The position numbers and the translations under genes are program-made. A model generated the notes under the pieces. The model was not told where the DNA came from and made no database searches. It saw nothing but the letters and a program-made list of their open reading frames with translations. Below are positions 39,995 to 48,033 of a stretch of DNA of 64,000 nt, piece after piece; the stretch's first letter is position 1, and each line of letters opens with the position of its first letter. The DNA comes from Marinilabiliales bacterium (GTDB lineage Bacteria; Bacteroidota; Bacteroidia; Bacteroidales; Prolixibacteraceae). The stretch is taken from positions 4,729 to 68,728 of the forward strand of contig JAJTBP010000001.1 of assembly GCA_021286825.1 (NCBI GenBank). Direction: 5' to 3'.

Positions 39995-41121
39995 AAATCG
40001 ACTCCCCTTACTTATTTTGAGATCCCGCCCTAAGAATCCACAATTCCTAGCGAGCTTTCCAAGCGATTTTTGTGGCGTTCAATTTTTGCTCTATTCCATC
40101 CATCTGGAACAAAACGGAAACCTTTCCCAACCTGGCCTCCAACCCTTCATTAATCCGGTATGACTTCATGTAAAATTTTTTAGGTCATATCACTGGCATG
40201 ATTGGATCATATAACAGACAAACATCTGACTAAATAAATTGACTGAACTCTTTTCAAATACGATTTTGTCTATCTCGATTTTGTTATGGGCTGAAATTCG
40301 CTCCAGGCGACCGTAAAAATGGTCGGATTGTCCCAAGTTTTTGAGATGAAATGAGACCAAAAGAGGGACAAATGGTAGGGCCTTCCTTGTCTGAGGTATT
40401 TGATCACTCTTTTGTGGCTCCTTCCGGGCGCCAAACCAGATTGGAGGGTTTGCCTCAGGGCTTTCTCCCCATTTTCCCCTTTTTCCATCGTTGGAATGCT
40501 TGATTCACTGCCTTTTCCTTGCAGATTTTTTCCTTTTCCATTCGATTGCCAAACCCAATACAATTTCTTAATCATAAATCGTATAAATGAATGATATACA
40601 ATTTGATAAAATGTGTCAATTAAAGCAATGAATAGATCTCTATTTGCTTCACAACGCCCTTTTGATCCGAAATGTCCGGATCGTTTGGAAGTCGTTTCAC
40701 GGAGTTCTATAAAAGGGCAATTGTCCTTTGTCTGGAGAAACTTCTCAAGCTATCCCTCTTTTTACGCACCAAATTTCCGGAGATTAATTTCAGCTGACAG
40801 TTGAACAATCGTTGCGGGTATTTGATTGTTTATAAAGTACAGATAAACAAGACGATAGGATTATTTTTCCGGCCGGTAGGGCGGTTTTGCGTCTTGCCTA
40901 AACCGTCTGAGAATCACGCCACTTGAAAAAGGATGGAAGGAGGTTCGGAATATTTGGCTGTCAAGATGCAAATTGGCCGTATCGGATTTATTTCTTATCT
41001 TTCATCTTACAATCCAAGTCCTCCGCCATGTGTACTTCTGTTTACGCATGGCCACCTTGTTCCTGGGAAGGTGCTGTTTGCACCAATCCTCTTCAGATCT
41101 AAAACTAAATCGGCTATTGAC

Positions 41122-43014
41122 ATGAAAAATGCTCTGTTGGTCCTATTATTTGCGCTGTTTTTGAATGGCTGTGTTCAAAAATCTCCTTTCGTCTCCCCCG
41201 TTGCAACGGATAAAAAGCCTTGGAGCCATCTCTCGTTCCACAATCAACCCGATCATTTTCGTTTTGCCATTGTTTCGGACAGGAATGGAGGAAACCGCCC
41301 CGGAATCTTTGAGCAAGCCATTGGTAAACTCAATCTTTTGCAACCCGAATTTGTGTTGAGTGTGGGGGATTTGATCTCCGGATACTCCTCGGATACGACC
41401 GAATTGGCAAGGCAATGGGCTGAGGTTCATCACGATATGGCCAGTTTGCAAATGCCTTGGTTCTACCTCCCTGGCAATCACGATATTGGAAACAATGTCA
41501 TGAGAAAAGAATGGGAGAAGCGATATGGGGTACGTTATTATCATTTTCTTTATCACCAGGTGCTATTCCTGATTCTTGACACGAACGACGAGCCAGGATT
41601 GAATCTTTCAGAAAAGCAGACCCAGTCCGTAATCCAAGCCCTGCAGGCGAATAAGGAGGTGAAATGGACCTTTCTCCTCATGCATCATCCCGTTTGGAAA
41701 TATGAAACAGGCGGAAGATTTCAGCAAATCGAAAAGGAATTGTCTGGTCGATCCTATACCGTCATTGCAGGTCATGAGCACCACTACATGCAAGAAGAAC
41801 GAAACCATGCCAATTACTACATCTTGTCGACGACGGGTGCCGGGAGTCAGTTGAGGGGAAACTACTTCGGGGAATTTGATCATGTGGTTTGGGTAGCCAT
41901 GTCCGATAACGGTCCGATACTTTCGAACCTGCGTCTGGATGGTATTTTGCCTCAAGACATCAGCAATGGACAAACGGATCTTTTAGCTAAACAGCTTGTT
42001 GAGAATGCGAATATCAATCATTTGATATTGTGCAATAACAGTGATACTTTAAAAAGTGGTACAATCTATTTTTCATTTCACAATTCCGCTGCAACTCCCC
42101 TCCAGGTGAACCTGGATTTCTTTCAACACACGCAACTATCTTTGGGTGTAGGTTCCCTCGAAAAGGTGGTGGCGCCAGGCAAGGATGAGGTGCTGGAGGT
42201 GCCATTTTCCATCAAGTTCCCCAGGGTGCAAGATTCAATTATACCCTTGAAGGTTGCCTGGAAATTGTCCTATCTGGATCCAACCCACCCGGACTTTGGA
42301 CTCAGCGGAAATGTCAAGATCGACGTGAAACCCACCCGGACTGCCTACCTGGCGGAGGATCTTCCTTTGTTTACCCAAGGTCACCAGGTCGTCTTCAGCC
42401 ATCCTTATGTATCGCTCGAGAGTCGTTACCGTTTTACCGGCGAGGTAGAACATCGCTATGAGATGCCGCTGGAGCTGAAGCAATCTTCTTCCCTCTCTTT
42501 CCGTATCATCAACTCCAGAAATGAGACCACCGCTGTTGAGGAGAAGCAGTACGAAAAAAGAGATCTGATTCCTGCAACTGAGGTCAATCATCCGTTGCCG
42601 GGGCTCGCCTATTCCTACTATGAGGGAGTCCTGAATAACCTTTCCGGGCTGTCCAAACTTACCGCGGTTGGTGAAGGTGTCGCCACGGATTTCCTGGTCA
42701 CCAACTATGCAAAGAGATCCAACTTCTGGGCCCTCCGTTTTTCGGGATGGATCAACATCCCGACAGATGGTATCTATCTCTTCCGAACCCGGGTAGACAA
42801 AGCCTGCCGAATCTTCCTTGATGGAGAATTGGTCCTGGATGATCGTAAAATCCTGAAGGGAGAATCCAACGGAATCCTGGGATTGAAAAAGGGGTATCAT
42901 CCGATCCGAATCGAATACCTCCAGGGAAAAGGAGATGCAAGGTTGCGTTGCTATTGGAGAAAAGCCACTGATGAGGATTGGTCGCCACTTGAGTTCTCCC
43001 AATTGTTCCATTGA
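41122..43014 (+). CDS. Lipoprotein metallophosphoesterase fused to a C-terminal PA14 domain
   Basis: The ATG at 41122 gives MKNALLVLLFALFLNGC (lipobox). Calcineurin-like motifs are FAIVSDRNGG, SVGDLISG, LPGNHD, MHHPVW and AGHEHHY. The C-terminal 150 aa carry GLAYSYYEG...FWALRFSGWINIPTDGIYLFRT...GYHPIRIEYLQGKGDARL, which is PA14-like. The 40933 start in the ORF track adds 63 residues ahead of the signal peptide. Confidence 0.8.
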   Translation: MKNALLVLLFALFLNGCVQKSPFVSPVATDKKPWSHLSFHNQPDHFRFAIVSDRNGGNRPGIFEQAIGKLNLLQPEFVLSVGDLISGYSSDTTELARQWAEVHHDMASLQMPWFYLPGNHDIGNNVMRKEWEKRYGVRYYHFLYHQVLFLILDTNDEPGLNLSEKQTQSVIQALQANKEVKWTFLLMHHPVWKYETGGRFQQIEKELSGRSYTVIAGHEHHYMQEERNHANYYILSTTGAGSQLRGNYFGEFDHVVWVAMSDNGPILSNLRLDGILPQDISNGQTDLLAKQLVENANINHLILCNNSDTLKSGTIYFSFHNSAATPLQVNLDFFQHTQLSLGVGSLEKVVAPGKDEVLEVPFSIKFPRVQDSIIPLKVAWKLSYLDPTHPDFGLSGNVKIDVKPTRTAYLAEDLPLFTQGHQVVFSHPYVSLESRYRFTGEVEHRYEMPLELKQSSSLSFRIINSRNETTAVEEKQYEKRDLIPATEVNHPLPGLAYSYYEGVLNNLSGLSKLTAVGEGVATDFLVTNYAKRSNFWALRFSGWINIPTDGIYLFRTRVDKACRIFLDGELVLDDRKILKGESNGILGLKKGYHPIRIEYLQGKGDARLRCYWRKATDEDWSPLEFSQLFH

Positions 43015-43176
43015 CGAACCGACACACGAGGTAGGAGGTAAGGAGAATAAGGACGAATTACCATTTATTATGGAGCATTTTAAAATGCAATGTATGAACA
43101 TATAATAATGCGCTAACTAAATAAAAAGATTAGAAAAGCCGAATATAGATGATCAGCAAATCATAATTCTCAGAAG

Positions 43177-44226
43177 ATGAAAAAATGGGTTAGAAGGGAA
43201 TTTATTTCCAGGACCTCTGCCGTTGGAGTGGGTCTGGGATTGATCAGTCCAGATCTGGTGTTGGGCAGCAATACAAACCCCACAGAAGAAAAAAGGATTG
43301 GAATGATTGGTCTAGACACCTCTCATTGTGTTGCCTTTGCCACGGCTCTGAATGGAGAAAATGGTTCAGAAAAATACATGGGATACCGCATCGTCATTGC
43401 CTATCCCTATGGGAGTCGTGATATCCAGAGTAGCGCGGAGCGAATACCAGGGTATACCGAAGCAGTGAAAAAGCTGGGCGTCACCATTGCCTCCTCCGTA
43501 GAAGAGGTGTTGAAAAATTGTGACGTAGTGATGTTGGAGACAAACGATGGCCGGTTGCATCCGGAGCAGGCGATGCAGGTGATCAAGGCAGGTAAAAGGA
43601 TGTTCATTGACAAACCGGTAACTGCCTCGCTCGCATCTGCGATGGCGGTTTACCGAATGGCAAAAAAATTTGGTGTAAAGATCTTCTCCAGCTCCTCCCT
43701 AAGGTTTGTCGCAGGAATGCAAGAGATCTCCCGTGGTGAAATCGGGAAGGTGATCGGAGCACAGACCTATAGTCCGGCCAAATTGGAGAAGAGTCATCCG
43801 GATCTTTTCTGGTATGGGATTCATGGTGTGGAGATGTTGTATGCGGCGATGGATCGTGGCTGCATGGAGGTGACGCGTATTTCCAATGATGATACCGACC
43901 TGGTAACGGGTCTGTGGCCCGAAAACCGTCTTGGTACCTTTCGTGGCATGCGAAGTGGGAAGACGGATTATGGAGGAACGGTTTTCGGAGAAAAGGCCAT
44001 CCGGTTTTTGGGACCCTATGATGGATACAATGCCTTGCTCGAACAAATCATTGCCTTTTTTGAGAGTGGAGTACCCCCGGTTGACGAGGAAGAGACATTG
44101 GAGATACTTGCCTTTATGGAAGCGGCCGATTTAAGCAAGGCCGCAAAGGGTCAGCCGGTCTCCATTGCCTCGGTCATGAAGGCTGCAACTGAAGACAAAG
44201 AGTGGAACAATCTTGAGAAATTTTAA
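43177..44226 (+). CDS. Gfo/Idh/MocA-family oxidoreductase with Tat signal (1 of 3)
   Basis: Twin-arginine N-terminus MKKWVRREFISRTSAVGVGLG, then a Rossmann segment RIGMIGLDTSH. 349 aa. Confidence 0.8.
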   Translation: MKKWVRREFISRTSAVGVGLGLISPDLVLGSNTNPTEEKRIGMIGLDTSHCVAFATALNGENGSEKYMGYRIVIAYPYGSRDIQSSAERIPGYTEAVKKLGVTIASSVEEVLKNCDVVMLETNDGRLHPEQAMQVIKAGKRMFIDKPVTASLASAMAVYRMAKKFGVKIFSSSSLRFVAGMQEISRGEIGKVIGAQTYSPAKLEKSHPDLFWYGIHGVEMLYAAMDRGCMEVTRISNDDTDLVTGLWPENRLGTFRGMRSGKTDYGGTVFGEKAIRFLGPYDGYNALLEQIIAFFESGVPPVDEEETLEILAFMEAADLSKAAKGQPVSIASVMKAATEDKEWNNLEKF

Positions 44227-44227
44227 A

Positions 44228-45580
44228 ATGTCGGATATGGAAAATACCAGAAGAGATTTCGTAAAAAAAGTGGTGGTTGGGGCAACGGCTGTTTCGGCCG
44301 GCGGAGTATTACCCGGATTTACTGCCCGGAGTTATGGTCGCATCATGGGATCCAACGAGAAGATCGTGGTGTCGATGATGGGAGTCAATTCAAGGGGGAA
44401 AGCCCTCGCCAGAAATTTTTCTGTGCAGGAAAATTGTGAAATTGCCCACATCTGTGATGTAGATTCCAGAGCCATTGTGGCCTGCAAGGAGGCCATCAAG
44501 GATCGGCAGCAAAGGGTCCCGGAAGGTTACCGGGATTTCAGAAAATCTCTGGAGAGCAAAGACATCGATGTGATGGTGATTGCTGCTCCCGATCATTGGC
44601 ATGCCCCAGCTTCGTTACTGGCCATGCAGGCAGGGAAACATGTGTATGTAGAGAAACCTTGCTGCCACAATCCTGCGGAGGGTGAGATTCTGGTACAGGC
44701 GGCAAAGAAATATGCAAAAGTCATTCAGATGGGCAATCAACGGCGCTCCTGGCCAAATGTGGTGAAGGGAATCGAAGAGATCAAGGCGGGAACCATCGGG
44801 AAGGTCTATTTTGGCAAAGGCTGGTACACCAACAACCGGGGACCGATTGGTAAGGGAACCGTAGTGGATGTGCCGGATTGGCTGGATTGGGATCTTTGGC
44901 AAGGTCCTGCCCCCAGAAGGGAATTCAAGAGCAACCTGCTGCATTACAACTGGCATTGGTTTTGGCATTGGGGAACAGGAGAGGCCCTGAACAATGGCAC
45001 CCACATGATTGACCTGTTGCGTTGGGGAATGGATGTGGACTTTCCCATCAGGGTCAGTTCAAATGGCGGACGTTATCGCTACAATGACGATTGGGAGACT
45101 CCGGATACCCAGGTCATCAACCTCGATTTTGCAAAAGGAGTGACCATGTCTTGGGAAGGAAGGAGCTGTAACGGAAAGCAGGTTGAGGGAAGTTCCGTGG
45201 GGGTGGTGTTCTATGGAGAAAAGGGGAGCATTCTGATCCCCAGTGGAAACAGTTTCACGTTGTTTGATCTCCAGGGGAAAGTGGTGAAGGAGGTAAAGGA
45301 TGAATTGAAGGTTGATCCCCGTGATCTCTCCAATCCGTCAGAGCGTGTGGACGCCCTGCACATCTTGAACCTATTTGATGCGATCCGGAAAGGTACTCCG
45401 CTCAATTCGGGAGTCGAATCAGGATTCAAAAGCACGTTGTTGGTCCAATTGGGGAACATCGCCCAACGAGTTGGACGTACCTTGAACATCGATCCGCAAA
45501 ATGGTCACATCCTCAAAGACCATGAAGCCGCCAGGTTGTGGTCCAGAAAGTATGAAAAGGGATGGGAGATGAAGCTTTAA
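44228..45580 (+). CDS. Gfo/Idh/MocA-family oxidoreductase with Tat signal (2 of 3), GH109-like architecture
   Basis: MSDMENTRRDFVKKVVVGATAVSAGG (Tat), VSMMGVNSRG Rossmann, EKPCCHNP and YNWHWFWHWGTGEALNNGTHMIDL. The ATG lies 1 nt after the upstream stop. Confidence 0.8.
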   Translation: MSDMENTRRDFVKKVVVGATAVSAGGVLPGFTARSYGRIMGSNEKIVVSMMGVNSRGKALARNFSVQENCEIAHICDVDSRAIVACKEAIKDRQQRVPEGYRDFRKSLESKDIDVMVIAAPDHWHAPASLLAMQAGKHVYVEKPCCHNPAEGEILVQAAKKYAKVIQMGNQRRSWPNVVKGIEEIKAGTIGKVYFGKGWYTNNRGPIGKGTVVDVPDWLDWDLWQGPAPRREFKSNLLHYNWHWFWHWGTGEALNNGTHMIDLLRWGMDVDFPIRVSSNGGRYRYNDDWETPDTQVINLDFAKGVTMSWEGRSCNGKQVEGSSVGVVFYGEKGSILIPSGNSFTLFDLQGKVVKEVKDELKVDPRDLSNPSERVDALHILNLFDAIRKGTPLNSGVESGFKSTLLVQLGNIAQRVGRTLNIDPQNGHILKDHEAARLWSRKYEKGWEMKL

Positions 45581-45639
45581 TGAATTGGTATATAAGTTTT
45601 AATGTTTATGTCATTCCATAGATAGTTTAAGTAAGTTAC

Positions 45640-46911
45640 ATGCCTTTCCATTCACATGGAGAAAGGTTTACCAAGAATAATCCCATGAATGATCAGCGAT
45701 CCAGAAGAAGATTTTTAAGAGACACTGTTTTTGCCGCTACACTGGCAGGAACTGCTCAATGGAGTTGTTCCGATGCCGGCCGAAACCGAAAAGTGGTTGG
45801 CACAAATCAAGTAACCTTGCCGGGTTTTGAGGCCTCACAATCCAATTCGGACCCCTACAAAGGTTGGGAGCCCTTTTCGGAAAGGAAGATCCGAGTAGGA
45901 CTCGTCGGTCATGGGGTATGCAAGTTTGCTTCCCAGTTTGGTTTTCAAAACCATCCCAATGCAGAGGTGGTGGCCGTGAGTGATCTGATACCTGAACGGT
46001 GTGCCGAGATGGCTCGTGTTTGCAATTGTGCTGTCACCTATCCCTCGCTGGAGGAACTGGTGAAGGATGACCGCATCGAAGCTGTCTTTGTTGCCACGGA
46101 TGCCCCCAGCCACTTCAGGCATTGCCTCGAAGTACTAAAGCATGGCAAACATGTAGCCGTGGCGGTTCCTGCGGTATTTGGATCGCTAGAGGATGCGGAA
46201 AGGCTATTTGAGGCGGTCAAGGCAAGTGGTTTGACCTACATGATGTTCGAAACCTCTCTTTTCCGGGAGAGCCTTTATGCCATGCGGCAAATCTATCGGG
46301 CAGGGGAGTTGGGCCAGCTGGTCTACGCGGAGGGTGAATACTACCATTACATGGAAAAACCCATCGACTCATTCAAGGGTTGGAGAATTGGGTTGCCTCC
46401 ACAGTATTATCCGACCCATTCCAACGCTTTTCACATCGGCGTTGGCGGGGGCAGGTTTACTGCAGTTTCCTGCATCGGAATGCGGGGTGTTGTGGAGCAC
46501 TTGCAACCCCAAAACAACCGATATGCCAACGGTTTTGGCACGGAAGTAGCCTTGTTCAAGACCAGTGAGGGTGGAACAGCCAGAATGGCCGTAAGCTGGG
46601 ATACGCCGGGTGACGGAGGCGAGAGAGGTCGTATCAGGGGACAAAAAGGCACTTTCTATGATAAATTTGAGGGGCTGCATCCATTGAAAACGGATACCAA
46701 ACGTCCACCGCTCCCTCCCGGAATGCCTTTGGGTGGTCACGGGGGATCGCATGGCTACCTTACCAACGAATTTCTGCAGTCTATCCTGCAAAACCGGAAA
46801 CCCCTTGTTGATATTTCCATGGCATTGAACCTTACCGTTTCGGGAATCGTGGCCCATCAATCTGCCTTGAAGGAGGGTGAGTGGTTAAAAATACCGGGAT
46901 ATTCCTTCTGA
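45640..46911 (+). CDS. Gfo/Idh/MocA-family oxidoreductase with Tat signal (3 of 3)
   Basis: QRSRRRFLRDTVFAATLAGTA (Tat), RVGLVGHGVCKF Rossmann. An alternative ATG at 45685 (MNDQRSRRRFL) is equally plausible. Confidence 0.78.
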   Translation: MPFHSHGERFTKNNPMNDQRSRRRFLRDTVFAATLAGTAQWSCSDAGRNRKVVGTNQVTLPGFEASQSNSDPYKGWEPFSERKIRVGLVGHGVCKFASQFGFQNHPNAEVVAVSDLIPERCAEMARVCNCAVTYPSLEELVKDDRIEAVFVATDAPSHFRHCLEVLKHGKHVAVAVPAVFGSLEDAERLFEAVKASGLTYMMFETSLFRESLYAMRQIYRAGELGQLVYAEGEYYHYMEKPIDSFKGWRIGLPPQYYPTHSNAFHIGVGGGRFTAVSCIGMRGVVEHLQPQNNRYANGFGTEVALFKTSEGGTARMAVSWDTPGDGGERGRIRGQKGTFYDKFEGLHPLKTDTKRPPLPPGMPLGGHGGSHGYLTNEFLQSILQNRKPLVDISMALNLTVSGIVAHQSALKEGEWLKIPGYSF

Positions 46912-47036
46912 GGGACTGTAAGATCTGGCCACAGGCAGATCCAGCAAGTGGGTATCAACTGGAGAATATCTGATTATCTTTGGGCATCCCGGTCAACGGA
47001 ACCGGAGTTCAACTGTCTGACCAACTACTACTACGA

Positions 47037-47978
47037 ATGGAAAAGCAACTTTATCCCCTTGCCGGGATTGTCACCGTTTTGAATACCCCTTTCGGTGACG
47101 ATCTGGCCATTGATCTCCCCTCCCTTCGAAAGAATGTCAGAATCGCTCTGGAAGCGGGTGTATCCGGCTTTTTGGTCTCGGGGATCGCAGCCGAGGCAGA
47201 CCGGTTGTCGATTACAGAGAAATTGCAGATTGCGGAAGCCGTTCTGGAAGAGGTGAATGGTGCAGTACCGGTCATTGCCGGTGCAGGCGAAACGGAATTG
47301 GGTAAAAACCGAAAATTGATCCGTTATTATCTTCGGGCTGGATGCAACAACATCCTCGTGAGAATTCCTTACCTCAATCCGGAACAGTTTAGCCAAAATT
47401 TTTATGAATTGGCTGCTCTGGGACCAGAAATGATCATGTTGCAGGATTGGGATCCGGTCGGTTATGGCTTGCCAGATGAATTGATTTGCCGGTTGTTTCA
47501 TGAAGTGGAGGCATTCCGCTGCCTCAAGATTGAAACGGTTCCGGCTGGTGTAAAATACTCCAGGATGCTTGAAATGACAGACGGTAAGCTGCATGTAAGC
47601 GGAGGATGGGCTGTCTCACAAATGACGGAAGCCCTTACCAGAGGTGTGCATGCCTTTATGCCCACGGGCATGCATTCGATCTACACCACCATCTATGCAC
47701 GCTGGCAACGGGGTGAAAAAAGTGAGGCAGAACAACTTTTCAGGGAAATTCTGCCAGTACTCTCTTTCTCCAATCAACATCTGGACATCTCCATTCGTTT
47801 TTTCAAGCAGCTGCTCCATCGGCAAGGAGTCTACCAGACCCCGCTTGTACGAGAGCCTTTGTTGCCCTTTGACAAGGTGCACAGGGAGATTGCCTTTGAA
47901 CTCATTGAATGGATCTGTCGGATCGAAAACCGGTTGCGTGCGCAGCAACGGCAAGAAATGTTAAAGGGAGTGGTGTGA
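47037..47978 (+). CDS. DapA/NanA-family (class I aldolase, dihydrodipicolinate synthase-like) lyase
   Basis: GIVTVLNTPF, GVSGFLVSGIAAEADRLSITEK and the Schiff-base lysine context FRCLKIET. No signal peptide. ATG 47037 is preferred to TTG 46980. Confidence 0.75.
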   Translation: MEKQLYPLAGIVTVLNTPFGDDLAIDLPSLRKNVRIALEAGVSGFLVSGIAAEADRLSITEKLQIAEAVLEEVNGAVPVIAGAGETELGKNRKLIRYYLRAGCNNILVRIPYLNPEQFSQNFYELAALGPEMIMLQDWDPVGYGLPDELICRLFHEVEAFRCLKIETVPAGVKYSRMLEMTDGKLHVSGGWAVSQMTEALTRGVHAFMPTGMHSIYTTIYARWQRGEKSEAEQLFREILPVLSFSNQHLDISIRFFKQLLHRQGVYQTPLVREPLLPFDKVHREIAFELIEWICRIENRLRAQQRQEMLKGVV

Positions 47979-48033
47979 AGAAGGCTTACCCTTTCATCCA
48001 TCGGTTATCTCTTTTCCAACCATAGAATTTCGT

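Noticed and set aside
40270-40575. The 101-aa minus-strand ORF in the gene-free region, considered as a possible remnant of a tyrosine-integrase N-terminal arm domain next to the tRNA.
   Set aside because: The resemblance (a G..P...L......IS..WD-like stretch) is short and has the wrong spacing. Half of the ORF is a GKG/EKGE repeat generated by the pyrimidine tract. Frames downstream are full of stops with no integrase catalytic motifs.
41022-41029. A search for a direct repeat of the tRNA-Cys 3' end (an att-like site) that would delimit an integrated island.
   Set aside because: The best match I could find by eye is 8 nt (TCCGCCAT), which is far too short to be meaningful. No integrase or excisionase gene is present.
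40933-41121. The N-terminal extensions offered by the ORF track for several exported proteins (40933, 24482, 54903, 57217, 58593, 13194, 34982, 9536, 46980 and others).
   Set aside because: In each case an internal ATG immediately precedes a clean signal peptide, lipobox or conserved N-terminus. The extensions are non-conserved, often start at TTG, and sometimes overlap the neighbouring gene.
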